Of a DNA stretch of 64,000 nt, positions 17,766 to 28,748 are shown piece by piece (the stretch's first letter is position 1; each line of letters starts with the position of its first letter). A program made the translations under genes and the position numbers. The notes beneath the pieces were generated by a model. It was not told the DNA's origin. It ran no database searches and saw only the letters and a list, made by a program, of their open reading frames with translations. The stretch spans positions 1,760,001 to 1,824,000 of the forward strand of contig JAXGMI010000001.1 of the NCBI GenBank assembly GCA_040768745.1, given 5' to 3'. Source of the stretch: Desulfomicrobium sp. GTDB taxonomy: Bacteria; Desulfobacterota; Desulfovibrionia; Desulfovibrionales; Desulfomicrobiaceae.

Positions 17766-18608
17766 TTACTCTTCTGCCCGGAATTCGCCGTCTTCGCTGC
17801 CTTCATCCGCCGGGAGTTCGAACCCTTCCGGATCGGGCGTTTCGAACTGGGCGAAGGTGCGTGCAAAGACGAGGAAGCCCGTGTGCGCGACCATACGATC
17901 GTCGGGACGCAGCCGTTCAGGCACGGGCTTGTAGTGGCGCAGGAAGATCTCAAGCACTTCGATCTGTCTGAACGGCCCGGCCTGCAGGACTTTCAGAAGG
18001 TCCTGGACCTGGTTGGTCGTCGGCAGCAAAAAGCCCACCGGTGCCCCGGGCACCACTGCGTTCGGAATGTGATGCACGTAATCGCAGGGTTCGCGCACGT
18101 CCAGGAACAGGGCGTCGGCCTCGTGGGGATGAAAACCTTGGGCAATGTCGTGATGGTACTGCTTTACGCGGTGGGCCAGGCCGATGCGCTCCAGGTTCTG
18201 GCGGCAGAGGTTGAAAAATTCTTCCCGGCGTTCGTAGCTGTACACACTGCCTTCGTCACCCACCAGCCAGGCCAGCGCCGTGGTCAGTCCTCCCGATCCG
18301 CAGCCGGCCTCGACAACGCGGCAGCCGGGGCCGATGCCCAGCTTCATGGCGATATAGCCGATTTCTTTGGGGTAGATGATCTGGGTCCGGCGTTTGACGG
18401 ACTTGATCAGGTCGTAGAGGGTGGGCCGCATGACGGTGAACGGATAGCCCTTGTGCGTGAGAACCTGCTGCCCCCAGCCTGCTGCGCGCACTTCATCGAG
18501 GTGCAGGATGCCCTCGTTGGTATGCATGACCTGCCCTTCCTGGGCGGAAACAAAGTATCGCTTGTCCTTGGCGTTGAGCAGCATTATCAGCTGTCCCGGT
18601 TCGAGCAT
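17766..18608 (-). CDS. trmI: tRNA (adenine-N1)-methyltransferase
   Basis: RRTQIIYPKE, VVEAGCGSGGLT, YERR, LFLD, RMVAHTGFL. Confidence 0.92.
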   Translation of the reverse strand: MLEPGQLIMLLNAKDKRYFVSAQEGQVMHTNEGILHLDEVRAAGWGQQVLTHKGYPFTVMRPTLYDLIKSVKRRTQIIYPKEIGYIAMKLGIGPGCRVVEAGCGSGGLTTALAWLVGDEGSVYSYERREEFFNLCRQNLERIGLAHRVKQYHHDIAQGFHPHEADALFLDVREPCDYVHHIPNAVVPGAPVGFLLPTTNQVQDLLKVLQAGPFRQIEVLEIFLRHYKPVPERLRPDDRMVAHTGFLVFARTFAQFETPDPEGFELPADEGSEDGEFRAEE

Positions 18609-18634
18609 GTGGCCTCCTGAAACGTGCGTAGGCG

Positions 18635-18663
18635 GGAGTAGCCACCGTATTTCCCGATGTCAA
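18635..18663 (-). promoter_or_regulatory. Sigma70-type promoter of trmI
   Basis: Minus strand TTGACA-17 nt-TACTCC. Confidence 0.45.
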
Positions 18664-18861
18664 GCAACCCATTCTCCATGGTTTCTCTTGCTATGAGGGC
18701 GTTGCCCAGGTAGAGGACTCTCCGGATATTCGGCGTGTCGTGCGCCCGGCAGTGACCGGTTTTTCATGTTTTTCGCCGCACGCCATTATCAATTAAATTT
18801 TCGGGAATCCCCGGCATCAACTTTCCCGGCATAGCCGGAAACTCTTTCCTCAAGGATTCGT

Positions 18862-20334
18862 ATGAGCGAAAAGCTGAAGCGCAAGATGTTCATCAGCGTG
18901 CTGCCTGGTGAACAGGTCGAAGTGGCCATCATGGAAGATGGTGTTGTCGTCGAGTATTACGTGGAAATGTTGCACCAGACCAAGACCAAGGGCAACATCT
19001 ACAAAGGCAGGATCCACAACGTGGACCAGGCCCTGCAGGCCGCTTTCATCAACTACGGGGCCGAGAAGAATGGCTTCCTGCAGGTCGACGAAGTTCATCC
19101 GGAATACTATCAGGGCGATGTGCCCAGCCGGGGCAAATATCCCCCTCTGCAAAAGGTGCTCAAGCCCGGTCAGGAAATGCTGGTGCAGGTGGTCAAAGAG
19201 CCCACAGGTTCCAAGGGCGCTTTTCTGACCACGTATCTGTCCATTCCGGGCCGTTATTTCGTACTGACTCCTGGTCGCGAGCAGCTCGGCATTTCGCGCA
19301 AGATCGAAGACGAAAAGGAGCGCGACCGCCTCAAGGAGATCGTCGACGAGCTCAAGCTCGACGAAGGGCTGGGCGTGATCGTGCGTACGGTCAGCGAGGC
19401 TCAGAGCAAGAGCAGCCTGTCGAAGGATCTGCAGGTCCTCAAACGCCTGTGGAAGGAGATCCGCAAGAAGGGCATTGCCTCGGACACTCCCGCCCTGATT
19501 TACGAGGAGAAGGATCTCGCCTTCCGCGCCATCCGCGACTATCTGACCCCGGACATCGCCGAGTGCTGGGTGGACGACGAGGAGACCGCGAAACAGATCA
19601 CCGAATTCGCGACCCTGCTCTTTCCCCGGCGCAAGACCTTCATCAAGGCCCACAGCGAAACCGACAAGACCCTGTTCGAACGGTTCCGCATCGAGGCCCA
19701 GCTGCAGAAGATTTTCAGCCGCCAGGTCAACCTGCCCAGCGGCGGACAGCTGGTCATTGATCACACCGAGGCCCTGACGGCCATCGACATCAACTCCGGC
19801 AAGATTGGCGGGGAAAAGAATTTTAAGGAGATGGCTCTGCGGACCAATATCGAGGCGGCCAGCGAGATTCCCAACCAGCTCATGCTCAGGGACATCGGTG
19901 GCCAGATCGTGGTGGATTTCATTGAGATGAAGGACGGGAAGCACATCCGCGAAGTTGAGAAGGTCCTGCGTCAGGCCTTGAAGGTGGATCGGGCGCGCAC
20001 GGACATTGGTCGCATTTCCAAGTTCGGTCTGATGGAGATTGTACGCCAGCGTCTGGGCACCTCAGCCCTTTCCGCCAGCCTGGAGCCCTGCCCGCATTGC
20101 GCCGGGGCCGGCAGCCGCCGTAATCTTGAGTGGCGGTCCATGCAGGCCTTGAAAGACATCTATCGCGAGTTGCGCAAGGACCGGCAGTCAGATCCGTTGG
20201 CCTATCAGACCGACGCCGAACTCATGCAGTACCTTTTGAACCGCAAGCGAGAAAAACTCATGGAGTACGAGGCGACATTCGAGCGCAAAATTTTCATCGT
20301 TCCCATAGCAACCACCCAGTGCTCATTTTGCTAG
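18862..20334 (+). CDS. Rne/Rng-family endoribonuclease, catalytic domain only (490 aa)
   Basis: GNIYKG S1 domain, QVVKEP.GSKGA, AIDINSG, LRDIGGQIVVDFI, CPHC Zn-link. Confidence 0.93.
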   Translation: MSEKLKRKMFISVLPGEQVEVAIMEDGVVVEYYVEMLHQTKTKGNIYKGRIHNVDQALQAAFINYGAEKNGFLQVDEVHPEYYQGDVPSRGKYPPLQKVLKPGQEMLVQVVKEPTGSKGAFLTTYLSIPGRYFVLTPGREQLGISRKIEDEKERDRLKEIVDELKLDEGLGVIVRTVSEAQSKSSLSKDLQVLKRLWKEIRKKGIASDTPALIYEEKDLAFRAIRDYLTPDIAECWVDDEETAKQITEFATLLFPRRKTFIKAHSETDKTLFERFRIEAQLQKIFSRQVNLPSGGQLVIDHTEALTAIDINSGKIGGEKNFKEMALRTNIEAASEIPNQLMLRDIGGQIVVDFIEMKDGKHIREVEKVLRQALKVDRARTDIGRISKFGLMEIVRQRLGTSALSASLEPCPHCAGAGSRRNLEWRSMQALKDIYRELRKDRQSDPLAYQTDAELMQYLLNRKREKLMEYEATFERKIFIVPIATTQCSFC

Positions 20335-20344
20335 GGATCTGAGC

Positions 20345-20905
20345 ATGAAGATCCTGGTTCACCTCTGCTGTGGGCCGTGCGCCATCACCCCCGTTTCGGC
20401 CCTGATCGAGGCCGGAATGGATGTTACTGGCTTGTTTTTCAATCCGAATATTCATCCCCTCCAGGAGTACCTCCGCCGCCGGGAGGGGGTAGTCCAGGTC
20501 GCCCAACGGCTCGGCATCCCGGTCATCTTCAAGGATGACGAATACGATCCGCAGAGCTATTTCCGGTCCGTGACCTTTCGGGAGGCCAACCGATGTCTCT
20601 CTTGCTACGCCTTGCGCCTGGAGCGGACACTGTCCATTGCCCGGCGAGGGAAGTTTGACGCCTTCACCACCACGCTGCTGTACAGCAAGTTTCAGAAGCA
20701 CGACGTGATCCAGGCCTTGGGCCGAGACTTGGCCGCAGGGTCGGACCCGGACTTTCACTACCAGGACTTTCGGACGGGCTGGTCCCAAGGCATTGCCCTG
20801 TCGAAGGAATGGGGGATATACCGGCAGCGGTATTGCGGCTGCCTGTACAGCGAGTTCGAACGCTACAGGCCCGAGCTTGAAAGGCTCGCTGACAGGACTG
20901 CCTGA
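20345..20905 (+). CDS. queH: Epoxyqueuosine reductase QueH (DUF208)
   Basis: HLCCGPC, NPNIHP..EY..R, RC..CY..RL, YRQ.YCGC. Confidence 0.9.
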   Translation: MKILVHLCCGPCAITPVSALIEAGMDVTGLFFNPNIHPLQEYLRRREGVVQVAQRLGIPVIFKDDEYDPQSYFRSVTFREANRCLSCYALRLERTLSIARRGKFDAFTTTLLYSKFQKHDVIQALGRDLAAGSDPDFHYQDFRTGWSQGIALSKEWGIYRQRYCGCLYSEFERYRPELERLADRTA

Positions 20906-20909
20906 TTTC

Positions 20910-22067
20910 ATGCTGCTCTACATTCATGTCCCCTTTTGCGTGCGCAAATGCGGGTACTGCGCCTTTCATTCCGGCCTGTTCTCACTCAGAGAAGCGGGCA
21001 GGTACGTGGATCTGGTGGTTATGGAGATGGCCTGGTGGGCCAAAACGCTGGGTCCCGCAGAGGTGCAGACGGTCTACCTGGGGGGGGGTACGCCCTCGTT
21101 GCTCACGCCTTACCAGGTCGAGGCGATTCTTGCCGCTGCGCATCGGCACTTCGCTGTATCCCCTGATGCCGAGATCACTCTGGAAGCCAATCCGGAATCA
21201 GCCCTGGCTGACGGGTTTTTGTCAGAGATCCGGAAACTGGGTGTAAATCGTTTGAGCCTCGGGGTGCAGAGCCTGCGTGATGACCTGCTTTTCCTGCTCG
21301 GCCGACCCCACGACAGCGTGCAGGCTTGCAGGGCAGTGGATGCGGCCAGAAAGGCGGGATTCGCGAACCTCAGCCTCGATATGATGTGGGGCCTGCCCGG
21401 CCAGAGTCTGGCCATCTGGCTGGAGGACCTGGCCAGGAGTGTGGACCTCGGCCCGGATCATCTGTCCTGCTATGGATTGACCCTGGAGAACGGCACGCCC
21501 CTGGCCAGGAGGGCCGCGGCCGGTGAACTGGGTCTTCCGGACGATGAGGAGGAAGCCAGCATGTTCGAGCAGGGTGCGGCGTTTCTCGGAACACGTGGTT
21601 TCGAGCACTACGAGATTTCAAATTTTGCGCGCCCCGGGTGCAAAAGCCGTCATAACTTCGGCTACTGGACTGGTCAGGACTACCTGGGACTGGGGCCCTC
21701 GGCGGTTTCCACTCTGGGCGAGTACAGATGGACCAACCCCGAAGGGCTTGAAGCGTATTCCGAAACTGTGCAAGGGAACGGGAAAGGTCGGGCGGTTGAA
21801 ACCCTCCACTGGGACACGCGCCGGCGCGAACAGGTCATGCTGGCCATGCGCACGGGCCGGGGACTGGATCTGAAAAATAACACGGCACTGACCGGAATGG
21901 ATTTTTCCGGACTGCTGTCCGCCGTCGAGCCGCTGCGCTCCGGAGGGCTGGTCCGTCTTCGATCCGGTCATCTTCAATTGACACGCAACGGCATGCTGGT
22001 CAGCAACTCCGTCATCGAACACCTGCTCGATGTCATAGATCGCATGCACGACACAGGAAACGTATGA
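20910..22067 (+). CDS. hemW: Radical SAM heme chaperone HemW (HemN-like)
   Basis: YIHVPFCVRKCGYC, GGGTPS, EANP, HYEISNF, HN..YW. Confidence 0.9.
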   Translation: MLLYIHVPFCVRKCGYCAFHSGLFSLREAGRYVDLVVMEMAWWAKTLGPAEVQTVYLGGGTPSLLTPYQVEAILAAAHRHFAVSPDAEITLEANPESALADGFLSEIRKLGVNRLSLGVQSLRDDLLFLLGRPHDSVQACRAVDAARKAGFANLSLDMMWGLPGQSLAIWLEDLARSVDLGPDHLSCYGLTLENGTPLARRAAAGELGLPDDEEEASMFEQGAAFLGTRGFEHYEISNFARPGCKSRHNFGYWTGQDYLGLGPSAVSTLGEYRWTNPEGLEAYSETVQGNGKGRAVETLHWDTRRREQVMLAMRTGRGLDLKNNTALTGMDFSGLLSAVEPLRSGGLVRLRSGHLQLTRNGMLVSNSVIEHLLDVIDRMHDTGNV

Positions 22068-24139
22068 CAGATACCACCGAATTTGGCGACGCCCAATCTG
22101 GCGCCCCAAAAACCAAACTTTCCGACACAGCATTTTTTTCCATGCATGACCTGCCCCAAGGCCTCCGGGATGCTGCTGCACGACTCAACTGGACCGAACT
22201 GATGCCGGTCCAAATACAGACCATCCCCCGCATGTTGGGCGGTCAGGATGTTATGGTTCAGTCCCAAACCGGCAGCGGCAAGACTGGAGCGTTTCTTTTG
22301 CCCATCCTGCATCGCATCGATCCGACACTGGGGGCCGTGCAGGCTCTGGTCTTGGCTCCGACCCGGGAATTGGCCGTCCAGGTCAGCCGGGATGCCGAGC
22401 ACTTGGGACGGGATGTCGGAGTGCGGGCCCTGCCCATTTACGGGGGCGTGGGATACAAGGCCCAGCTCCAGGGACTGGATAACGGAGCCCAGCTCGTCAT
22501 CGGCACGCCAGGCCGCATTCTGGACCATCTGCTCAAGGGAAATTTCAATCTGGATCGGCTGAAGATTCTGGTCTTTGACGAAGCCGACCGCATGCTGTCC
22601 ATGGGTTTCTACCCGGATATGAAGCAGTTGCAGCGCTATCTGCCGCGCGGGCTGCAGTCCGCCATGTTCTCGGCCACCTATCCCGGGCACGTAAAGCGTT
22701 TGGCCCAGCAGTTCCTGAAGGACCCAGTTTTTGTCTCCCTGAGCCAGGATCAGGTCCACGCCAGCGATGTGGTGCACGTGGTCTACAAAGTCCCGGCAAT
22801 GCAGAAGAGCCGCATCCTGGTCAAGATCATCGAGCAGGAAAATCCGTCCTCGGGCATCATCTTCTGCAATACCAAGGCGGACGTGCATTTCGTGTCCGTT
22901 GTGCTCCGGCGTTTTGGGTACGATGTCGGTGAGATCAGCGCGGACCTGTCCCAGGCCGCAAGGGAAGAGGTGCTGGAGAAGCTGCGTCAGAACCGGCTCA
23001 AGTTCCTGGTCGCCACGGATGTGGCCGCCAGGGGAATCGACATCCATGAGCTGTCCCATGTCTTCCAGTATCAGCCACCGCAGGACCACGAGGCCTACGT
23101 ACACAGGACGGGCCGCACAGGACGGGCCGGAGCTGCCGGAGTGGCCATATCACTTGTTTCGGGGATGGAAGAGATAGAACTGGAACAGATAGCCAAAAAA
23201 TTTTCCATCGCCCTGGAAGAGAGGCAGATCCCGACGGATGAAGAGCTTGAAACACTGATTTCCCAACGGGCCGTGTTCCTGCTCGAAGCCCGTTTGCGCA
23301 AGGCGGACAACATTCAGAAGGAGCGCATGCAACGTTTCGTGCGCACCGTGGGGGAGCTGGCGGCCAACGAGGAATCACGGGCCCTTCTGGCCATGCTGGT
23401 GGATGAATTCTATCAGTCAACGTTCCATGCCCCACTGGAACAACCTTCTGAGAAATTGTTCGAGCCGGCTCGGCCACAGGCCGTCCTTGAATCATCCCAG
23501 GGCCAGCCGGCAGAGGGCGGGCGAATAGATGAGCTACGGGAAGAGGAGGGGCGATCCGAGGGCGACAAGCGGCGGCGTAAACGGAACCGCAAAAAGCCGG
23601 GTTCAAGCCTCGAAGGTCAGGGCCGTGGGGAAGTCCAGGCCGAGGCCGTCAAGCCAACCGCTCCTGCGGAAGGAATTCCTCAGGATGGGTCCAACGCTGA
23701 GGTCGTGGGGCATCTCCAGTCCGGCCCTCCCAAGCCATTGGGTTCCGACCTGTCCGGGAGTTCTGCGCAGGTTCAGGAGCAGCGATTGGAGGGATTTCCG
23801 GTTCAGGAGGTGGATTTTGAATCAGACCTCGAATCCATCTGGGATCAGCCTGAATCCGGACTGACCGAGGCGCAGCATACGGGAGCCCCGAAAAAGCGCC
23901 GCCGTCGTCGCCCGCGTAAGACGTCAGGGGCCAAGCCCGAGGCAATCTCAACGGGACCTGCAGAGGCGCCGATGGTGTCCAAACCCGAGCCGCAGCCGAC
24001 CATCCAGCGGGAGGAACGCAAAGATCAGAAAACTGATCGTGAACCCCAGGGCAAAAGCAAGGCGAGGCCGCCCCGCAAAAAGGAGACCGAATCCCAGACT
24101 CCTGCGGCCAAGCCCAAAAAGAAAATCTTTCTCGAATGA
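22064..24139 (+). CDS. DEAD-box RNA helicase with long low-complexity C-terminus
   Basis: Q motif, QTGSGKT, PTRELA, TPGR, DEAD, SAT, ARGID, HRTGRTGR. Confidence 0.93.
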   Translation: MTDTTEFGDAQSGAPKTKLSDTAFFSMHDLPQGLRDAAARLNWTELMPVQIQTIPRMLGGQDVMVQSQTGSGKTGAFLLPILHRIDPTLGAVQALVLAPTRELAVQVSRDAEHLGRDVGVRALPIYGGVGYKAQLQGLDNGAQLVIGTPGRILDHLLKGNFNLDRLKILVFDEADRMLSMGFYPDMKQLQRYLPRGLQSAMFSATYPGHVKRLAQQFLKDPVFVSLSQDQVHASDVVHVVYKVPAMQKSRILVKIIEQENPSSGIIFCNTKADVHFVSVVLRRFGYDVGEISADLSQAAREEVLEKLRQNRLKFLVATDVAARGIDIHELSHVFQYQPPQDHEAYVHRTGRTGRAGAAGVAISLVSGMEEIELEQIAKKFSIALEERQIPTDEELETLISQRAVFLLEARLRKADNIQKERMQRFVRTVGELAANEESRALLAMLVDEFYQSTFHAPLEQPSEKLFEPARPQAVLESSQGQPAEGGRIDELREEEGRSEGDKRRRKRNRKKPGSSLEGQGRGEVQAEAVKPTAPAEGIPQDGSNAEVVGHLQSGPPKPLGSDLSGSSAQVQEQRLEGFPVQEVDFESDLESIWDQPESGLTEAQHTGAPKKRRRRRPRKTSGAKPEAISTGPAEAPMVSKPEPQPTIQREERKDQKTDREPQGKSKARPPRKKETESQTPAAKPKKKIFLE

Positions 24140-24279
24140 TGGTGTCCCTGACCAAAATGGACATTCTCTGTCTTTTTTCCAAGACTCAGGCGGACATGCT
24201 GCCCGAGGCTGGAGAATGGTCCAGCCCAGGGAGTCGTCAGGCTGTTGATGCACAGTGAAAGAGTTGAGCTGGAGGATGG

Positions 24280-24654
24280 ATGACACGGGAGCGACGCCGC
24301 AGGAGCAGGGTCAGCCTTAATCTGCCGTTGACCATCGATTCTGAAGGCAAACGGACGCGGGGGCGCGTGCGGGATTTGAGCCTCAAGGGGCTGTCCTGCG
24401 TGACAGATGGATGGATCGTGCCCGGCAAGGAGTGCGACGTCACCCTGGAACTCGATTCCGGCATCAACGTGCACATCCATGGCCGGGTGGTGCGGGCAGG
24501 CGTCGAAGGCGCAGTGGACTTTGAGAGCATGGACCAGGCCAGTTTCACCCATTTGCGAAATCTGGTGCGTCTTTACGCGGCAGATGCTGATCTCGTGGAC
24601 GAAGAATTGCTCACGTCGGCCTTTGCAGCGGAGGACAAACCCCTTCAAGGTTGA
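24280..24654 (+). CDS. PilZ-domain (c-di-GMP-binding) protein
   Basis: ERRRRSR (RxxxR) and DLSLKG (DxSxxG) motifs; GGAGG RBS. Confidence 0.85.
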   Translation: MTRERRRRSRVSLNLPLTIDSEGKRTRGRVRDLSLKGLSCVTDGWIVPGKECDVTLELDSGINVHIHGRVVRAGVEGAVDFESMDQASFTHLRNLVRLYAADADLVDEELLTSAFAAEDKPLQG

Positions 24655-25087
24655 GCAATGCGCGCTTCAGGTCGAGACCGGGACCGAATCCTCCCAGCCC
24701 CCTCACTGCCAGAACCCGATGGCAGGGAAAGACCAGGGGCCAAGGGTTGCTGGCCATGACCCGACCCACGGCCCTGGCTCCTCGCGGTGATGCGCAGGCA
24801 GCGGCAAGTTGCTTGTAGGTTGTCCATGTGCCACGGGTCACATGCTCGCGAAGATGTCCCAATACCCGCAGGGAAAAAGGGCTCATGCCGCGCGTGGCCA
24901 GCGGCAGTTCTGGCCATTCATCCTTGTCCAGCAATGCGTAGTTTTCGACAATGAGGGCCAGTTCCACTCCAAACGGTGACTGTGGCCGGGTCGAAGGTCT
25001 GAGCCCAGGAGCGAGGTCGATCCCTGACAGAAGTCCATCCTCCCAGTGGAACGTGGCCGAAAAACATGCGTTCGAAAAAGTTTCCAT
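24611..25087 (-). CDS. ogt: Methylated-DNA-[protein]-cysteine S-methyltransferase
   Basis: TY..LA, ARAVG..MA.NP, PCHRV active site. Confidence 0.88.
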   Translation of the reverse strand: METFSNACFSATFHWEDGLLSGIDLAPGLRPSTRPQSPFGVELALIVENYALLDKDEWPELPLATRGMSPFSLRVLGHLREHVTRGTWTTYKQLAAACASPRGARAVGRVMASNPWPLVFPCHRVLAVRGLGGFGPGLDLKRALLNLEGVCPPLQRPT

Positions 25088-26052
25088 CAGGATGTGCACA
25101 TCCCCTCCCGGTCGTTCAGGTTGAACCATTCGGCCCAGGGATGTCCGAGGGCCTTTCCCTGCCAGATATCCTCGTCCTGAAGGCGTTTTTTCACAGCCGC
25201 CAGGAATGTCTGCTTCTCAGCGGCCCAACCCGGGGCCACCAACTCCTCAGCTCTGGGATCGCCGTTCAAACGATGGATCACCATGTCCGGACGAAGCAGG
25301 GACAGCCCGCGAACAAGCCAGGCCAGGGAGCCCTCTCGGGACAGGAGTCTGAGCGTGCCTGAGCGCCATTCTTTTTCCAGAGCGGTTCCGCGGCAGACAA
25401 ACAGGTTATGTATTTTGATTCCGGCCACGGGCAGCATGTTGACAAAGGCCATGGTTTGTTCGAAGTCCGCCAGGACTTCCCCTGGTAGCCCCGTGATGAC
25501 GTGGGCACAGACCTTCAGGCCGCATGCATTGGCCTTTTGTGTCCACGTGGCAAAGCTCTTTGCATCATGCCCACGGTTGATGCGGGCCAATGTCCGGTCA
25601 TTGGCCGATTGCAAGCCCAGATCGAGCCAGATTTCCCCCATCGGGGCTGTCTTCAGGATGTCCAGTTTCTCTTCATCCAGACAATCTGGGCGGGTCCCAA
25701 TGGCCAGTCCGACCAGATCGGGCAGATCCGTAAGTTCCGTGACCAGAGTCCGGAGGCGGGAGGCGGGCCCGTAGGTGTTGGAGAACGACTGCAGATAGGC
25801 CATAAATCTGGCCTGAGGCCTGCGGCGCATGGCGCGTTCCCGCAGGAGCATGTACTGTTCTGCCAGGGAGAGTCCGATTTGGGCCATGCCGGTTCCAGAT
25901 CCGTGCTCGTTGCAGAATGAGCACCCACGGGTGGACAGCGTTCCATCCCGATTGGGACAGGTACTGCCCGCATCAAGAGGAATTTTCTGTATCCTGTGGC
26001 CGAAGCGCCGTTGGAAATAAACCGGCAGTGAGAAGTATCTGTAGGTTGACAT
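25087..26052 (-). CDS. TIGR01212/YhcC-family radical SAM protein
   Basis: CPNRDG...GCSFC, YLQSFSNTY, IGTRPDC, INRGH, GIKIH. Confidence 0.9.
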   Translation of the reverse strand: MSTYRYFSLPVYFQRRFGHRIQKIPLDAGSTCPNRDGTLSTRGCSFCNEHGSGTGMAQIGLSLAEQYMLLRERAMRRRPQARFMAYLQSFSNTYGPASRLRTLVTELTDLPDLVGLAIGTRPDCLDEEKLDILKTAPMGEIWLDLGLQSANDRTLARINRGHDAKSFATWTQKANACGLKVCAHVITGLPGEVLADFEQTMAFVNMLPVAGIKIHNLFVCRGTALEKEWRSGTLRLLSREGSLAWLVRGLSLLRPDMVIHRLNGDPRAEELVAPGWAAEKQTFLAAVKKRLQDEDIWQGKALGHPWAEWFNLNDREGMCTS

Positions 26053-26207
26053 GTCCGGATGTTGAATTTTTGCTGGACCGGAGGTGGTTGCCTGAAGTGT
26101 CCTGTTCTGATACGCGAAAGGGCTTGCTGAACGCCTTTTTTCCTGCTTGGGAGGTCCCTGTCGCGACTCTGTTGCGGCTCAATCTCGGTGAGCCACGTTG
26201 AACATGA

Positions 26208-27263
<1,056 letters not shown>

Positions 27264-27267
27264 AACC

Positions 27268-28245
27268 ATGTCTCCCCGTTTCAAACAGCTGGTTCTCTTT
27301 TTTTTTCTGCCCCTGTTCCTCTATTTCTCCATGTATACATGGAACTGGAAGACAGGACATCTGGATCGTTTCTCCAGTCTGGTCGGTCTTGACTTAGCAG
27401 GATGGATTCTGTCTCCTGGGCGCTGGTTGCAAAGCAATATCGATGAATTCTGGAACCGCTATGTCTATCTCGTCGGAGTCCGCCAAGAGAACGAGGACTT
27501 GACGGCCAGGATCAAGGACCTGGAGACTGAGCTAGCCCGCACTGCCGAAAAGGCCAAGGCTGCCGACCGGTTGACTGCCCTGCTTCGCTTCAACCCTGAA
27601 CCCCCATGGTCCAAGCGTGGATGCAGGGTCATCGGGCAAAAGCTCGGCCCGAATGCGATTCTGGAGACAATGCTCGTTGACGTAGGCTCAGCCCACGGCA
27701 TCCGTTTCAACGACCCGGTGATTTCCACCAAAGGTGTGGTGGGACGCATCGCCAAGCCAGGAGTGCATTATTCTTCGGTTGTGCTCCTTACCGATTTGTC
27801 CAGCCGTGTTCCGGTCTTGACCAGCGATGGGCGTGTGCCAGCCATTCTCCAGGGCCAGGGGCCAGGCGCTTTTCTTGAGGTCAAGTTCATTCCACGCAAC
27901 GATAAGGTCACGCCCGGTGAGGTTCTCCTCACTTCCGGACTGGGCGGTGTTTTTCCCAAAGGAATCCCCGTGGCCCGGGTGGTGGAGGTGACGCCCGCCG
28001 ACGTATCCCTATTCCAGAAGGTGTACGCCGAACCATTGCTTGCCTTGCGTTATTACGAGGAGTTGCTGGTGTTGAGCAGGGACGAGGTCGTGAACGCTAC
28101 GTCGTCTGCCATGGCAGGCGGCAATTCTTCCTCAGTCGTTGCGGCTCAGCCTCCCGGACCAGAGGCGGCCAATGCCTCCGCAAGCACCACCGCGACAACA
28201 AAATCCTCCAACGCTGCCCGCCACGCAGTGCGGAAGAAGCCGTGA
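27268..28245 (+). CDS. mreC: Rod shape-determining protein MreC
   Basis: N-terminal TM, coiled coil, GVVGRI, TSGLGGVFPKGIPV; synteny. Confidence 0.93.
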   Translation: MSPRFKQLVLFFFLPLFLYFSMYTWNWKTGHLDRFSSLVGLDLAGWILSPGRWLQSNIDEFWNRYVYLVGVRQENEDLTARIKDLETELARTAEKAKAADRLTALLRFNPEPPWSKRGCRVIGQKLGPNAILETMLVDVGSAHGIRFNDPVISTKGVVGRIAKPGVHYSSVVLLTDLSSRVPVLTSDGRVPAILQGQGPGAFLEVKFIPRNDKVTPGEVLLTSGLGGVFPKGIPVARVVEVTPADVSLFQKVYAEPLLALRYYEELLVLSRDEVVNATSSAMAGGNSSSVVAAQPPGPEAANASASTTATTKSSNAARHAVRKKP

Positions 28246-28268
28246 CACTGCTTTCGTCCTGATTCGCC

Positions 28269-28748
28269 ATGCCCACCAAAAACACCATTCCGATCTTTTT
28301 CTGGTGGACCGGGTACCTCGTGATCGCTGTCTGGGCCCAGGAACTCTCCGGCGGGCTGGACTTTCTGTCCCCTGGGCTTTTGATCTGCCTGCAATCAAGG
28401 CACTGGTGGAGCGCGGTCTGGCTTGCAGTCTTGTGGGTCCTCATGCAGGAAGGCGTCGGGAATCTTGTCTTCGGTGTATCCATTTTGTTCTACGCCGGCA
28501 TGTTTTTGTTTTTTCTTGTATCCCGCTGGATTCTGGAACCTGAAAACCCATTTTTTGTGATCGCGTTTTCCTTGTTTTTGGCAATCTGGTCCTGGGGTGC
28601 GCTCAATGGTGCAGGAGCCTTCCAGGAACTTGCTGCGCAGTTGCCTGCCTTCGCTCCTTGGGTAGCCAAGCAGTGGGTGGCGTACATGGTTTTTTGGGCC
28701 ATTGCACTGCTTGCATACAGACGCTGGGTTCAACATGGGCGTGTTTGA
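28269..28748 (+). CDS. mreD: Membrane protein at the MreD position
   Basis: About 160 aa, multi-TM, between mreC and mrdA. Confidence 0.65.
   Translation: MPTKNTIPIFFWWTGYLVIAVWAQELSGGLDFLSPGLLICLQSRHWWSAVWLAVLWVLMQEGVGNLVFGVSILFYAGMFLFFLVSRWILEPENPFFVIAFSLFLAIWSWGALNGAGAFQELAAQLPAFAPWVAKQWVAYMVFWAIALLAYRRWVQHGRV

Noticed and set aside
21080..21088. G9 tract in hemW as a phase-variation site
   Set aside because: Encodes the conserved LGGGT motif in frame; no evidence of slippage
24140..24279. c-di-GMP riboswitch upstream of the PilZ gene
   Set aside because: No recognisable GEMM consensus elements
24611..24654. 44-nt convergent overlap of PilZ gene and ogt
   Set aside because: Short tail-to-tail overlaps are common; no sign of function
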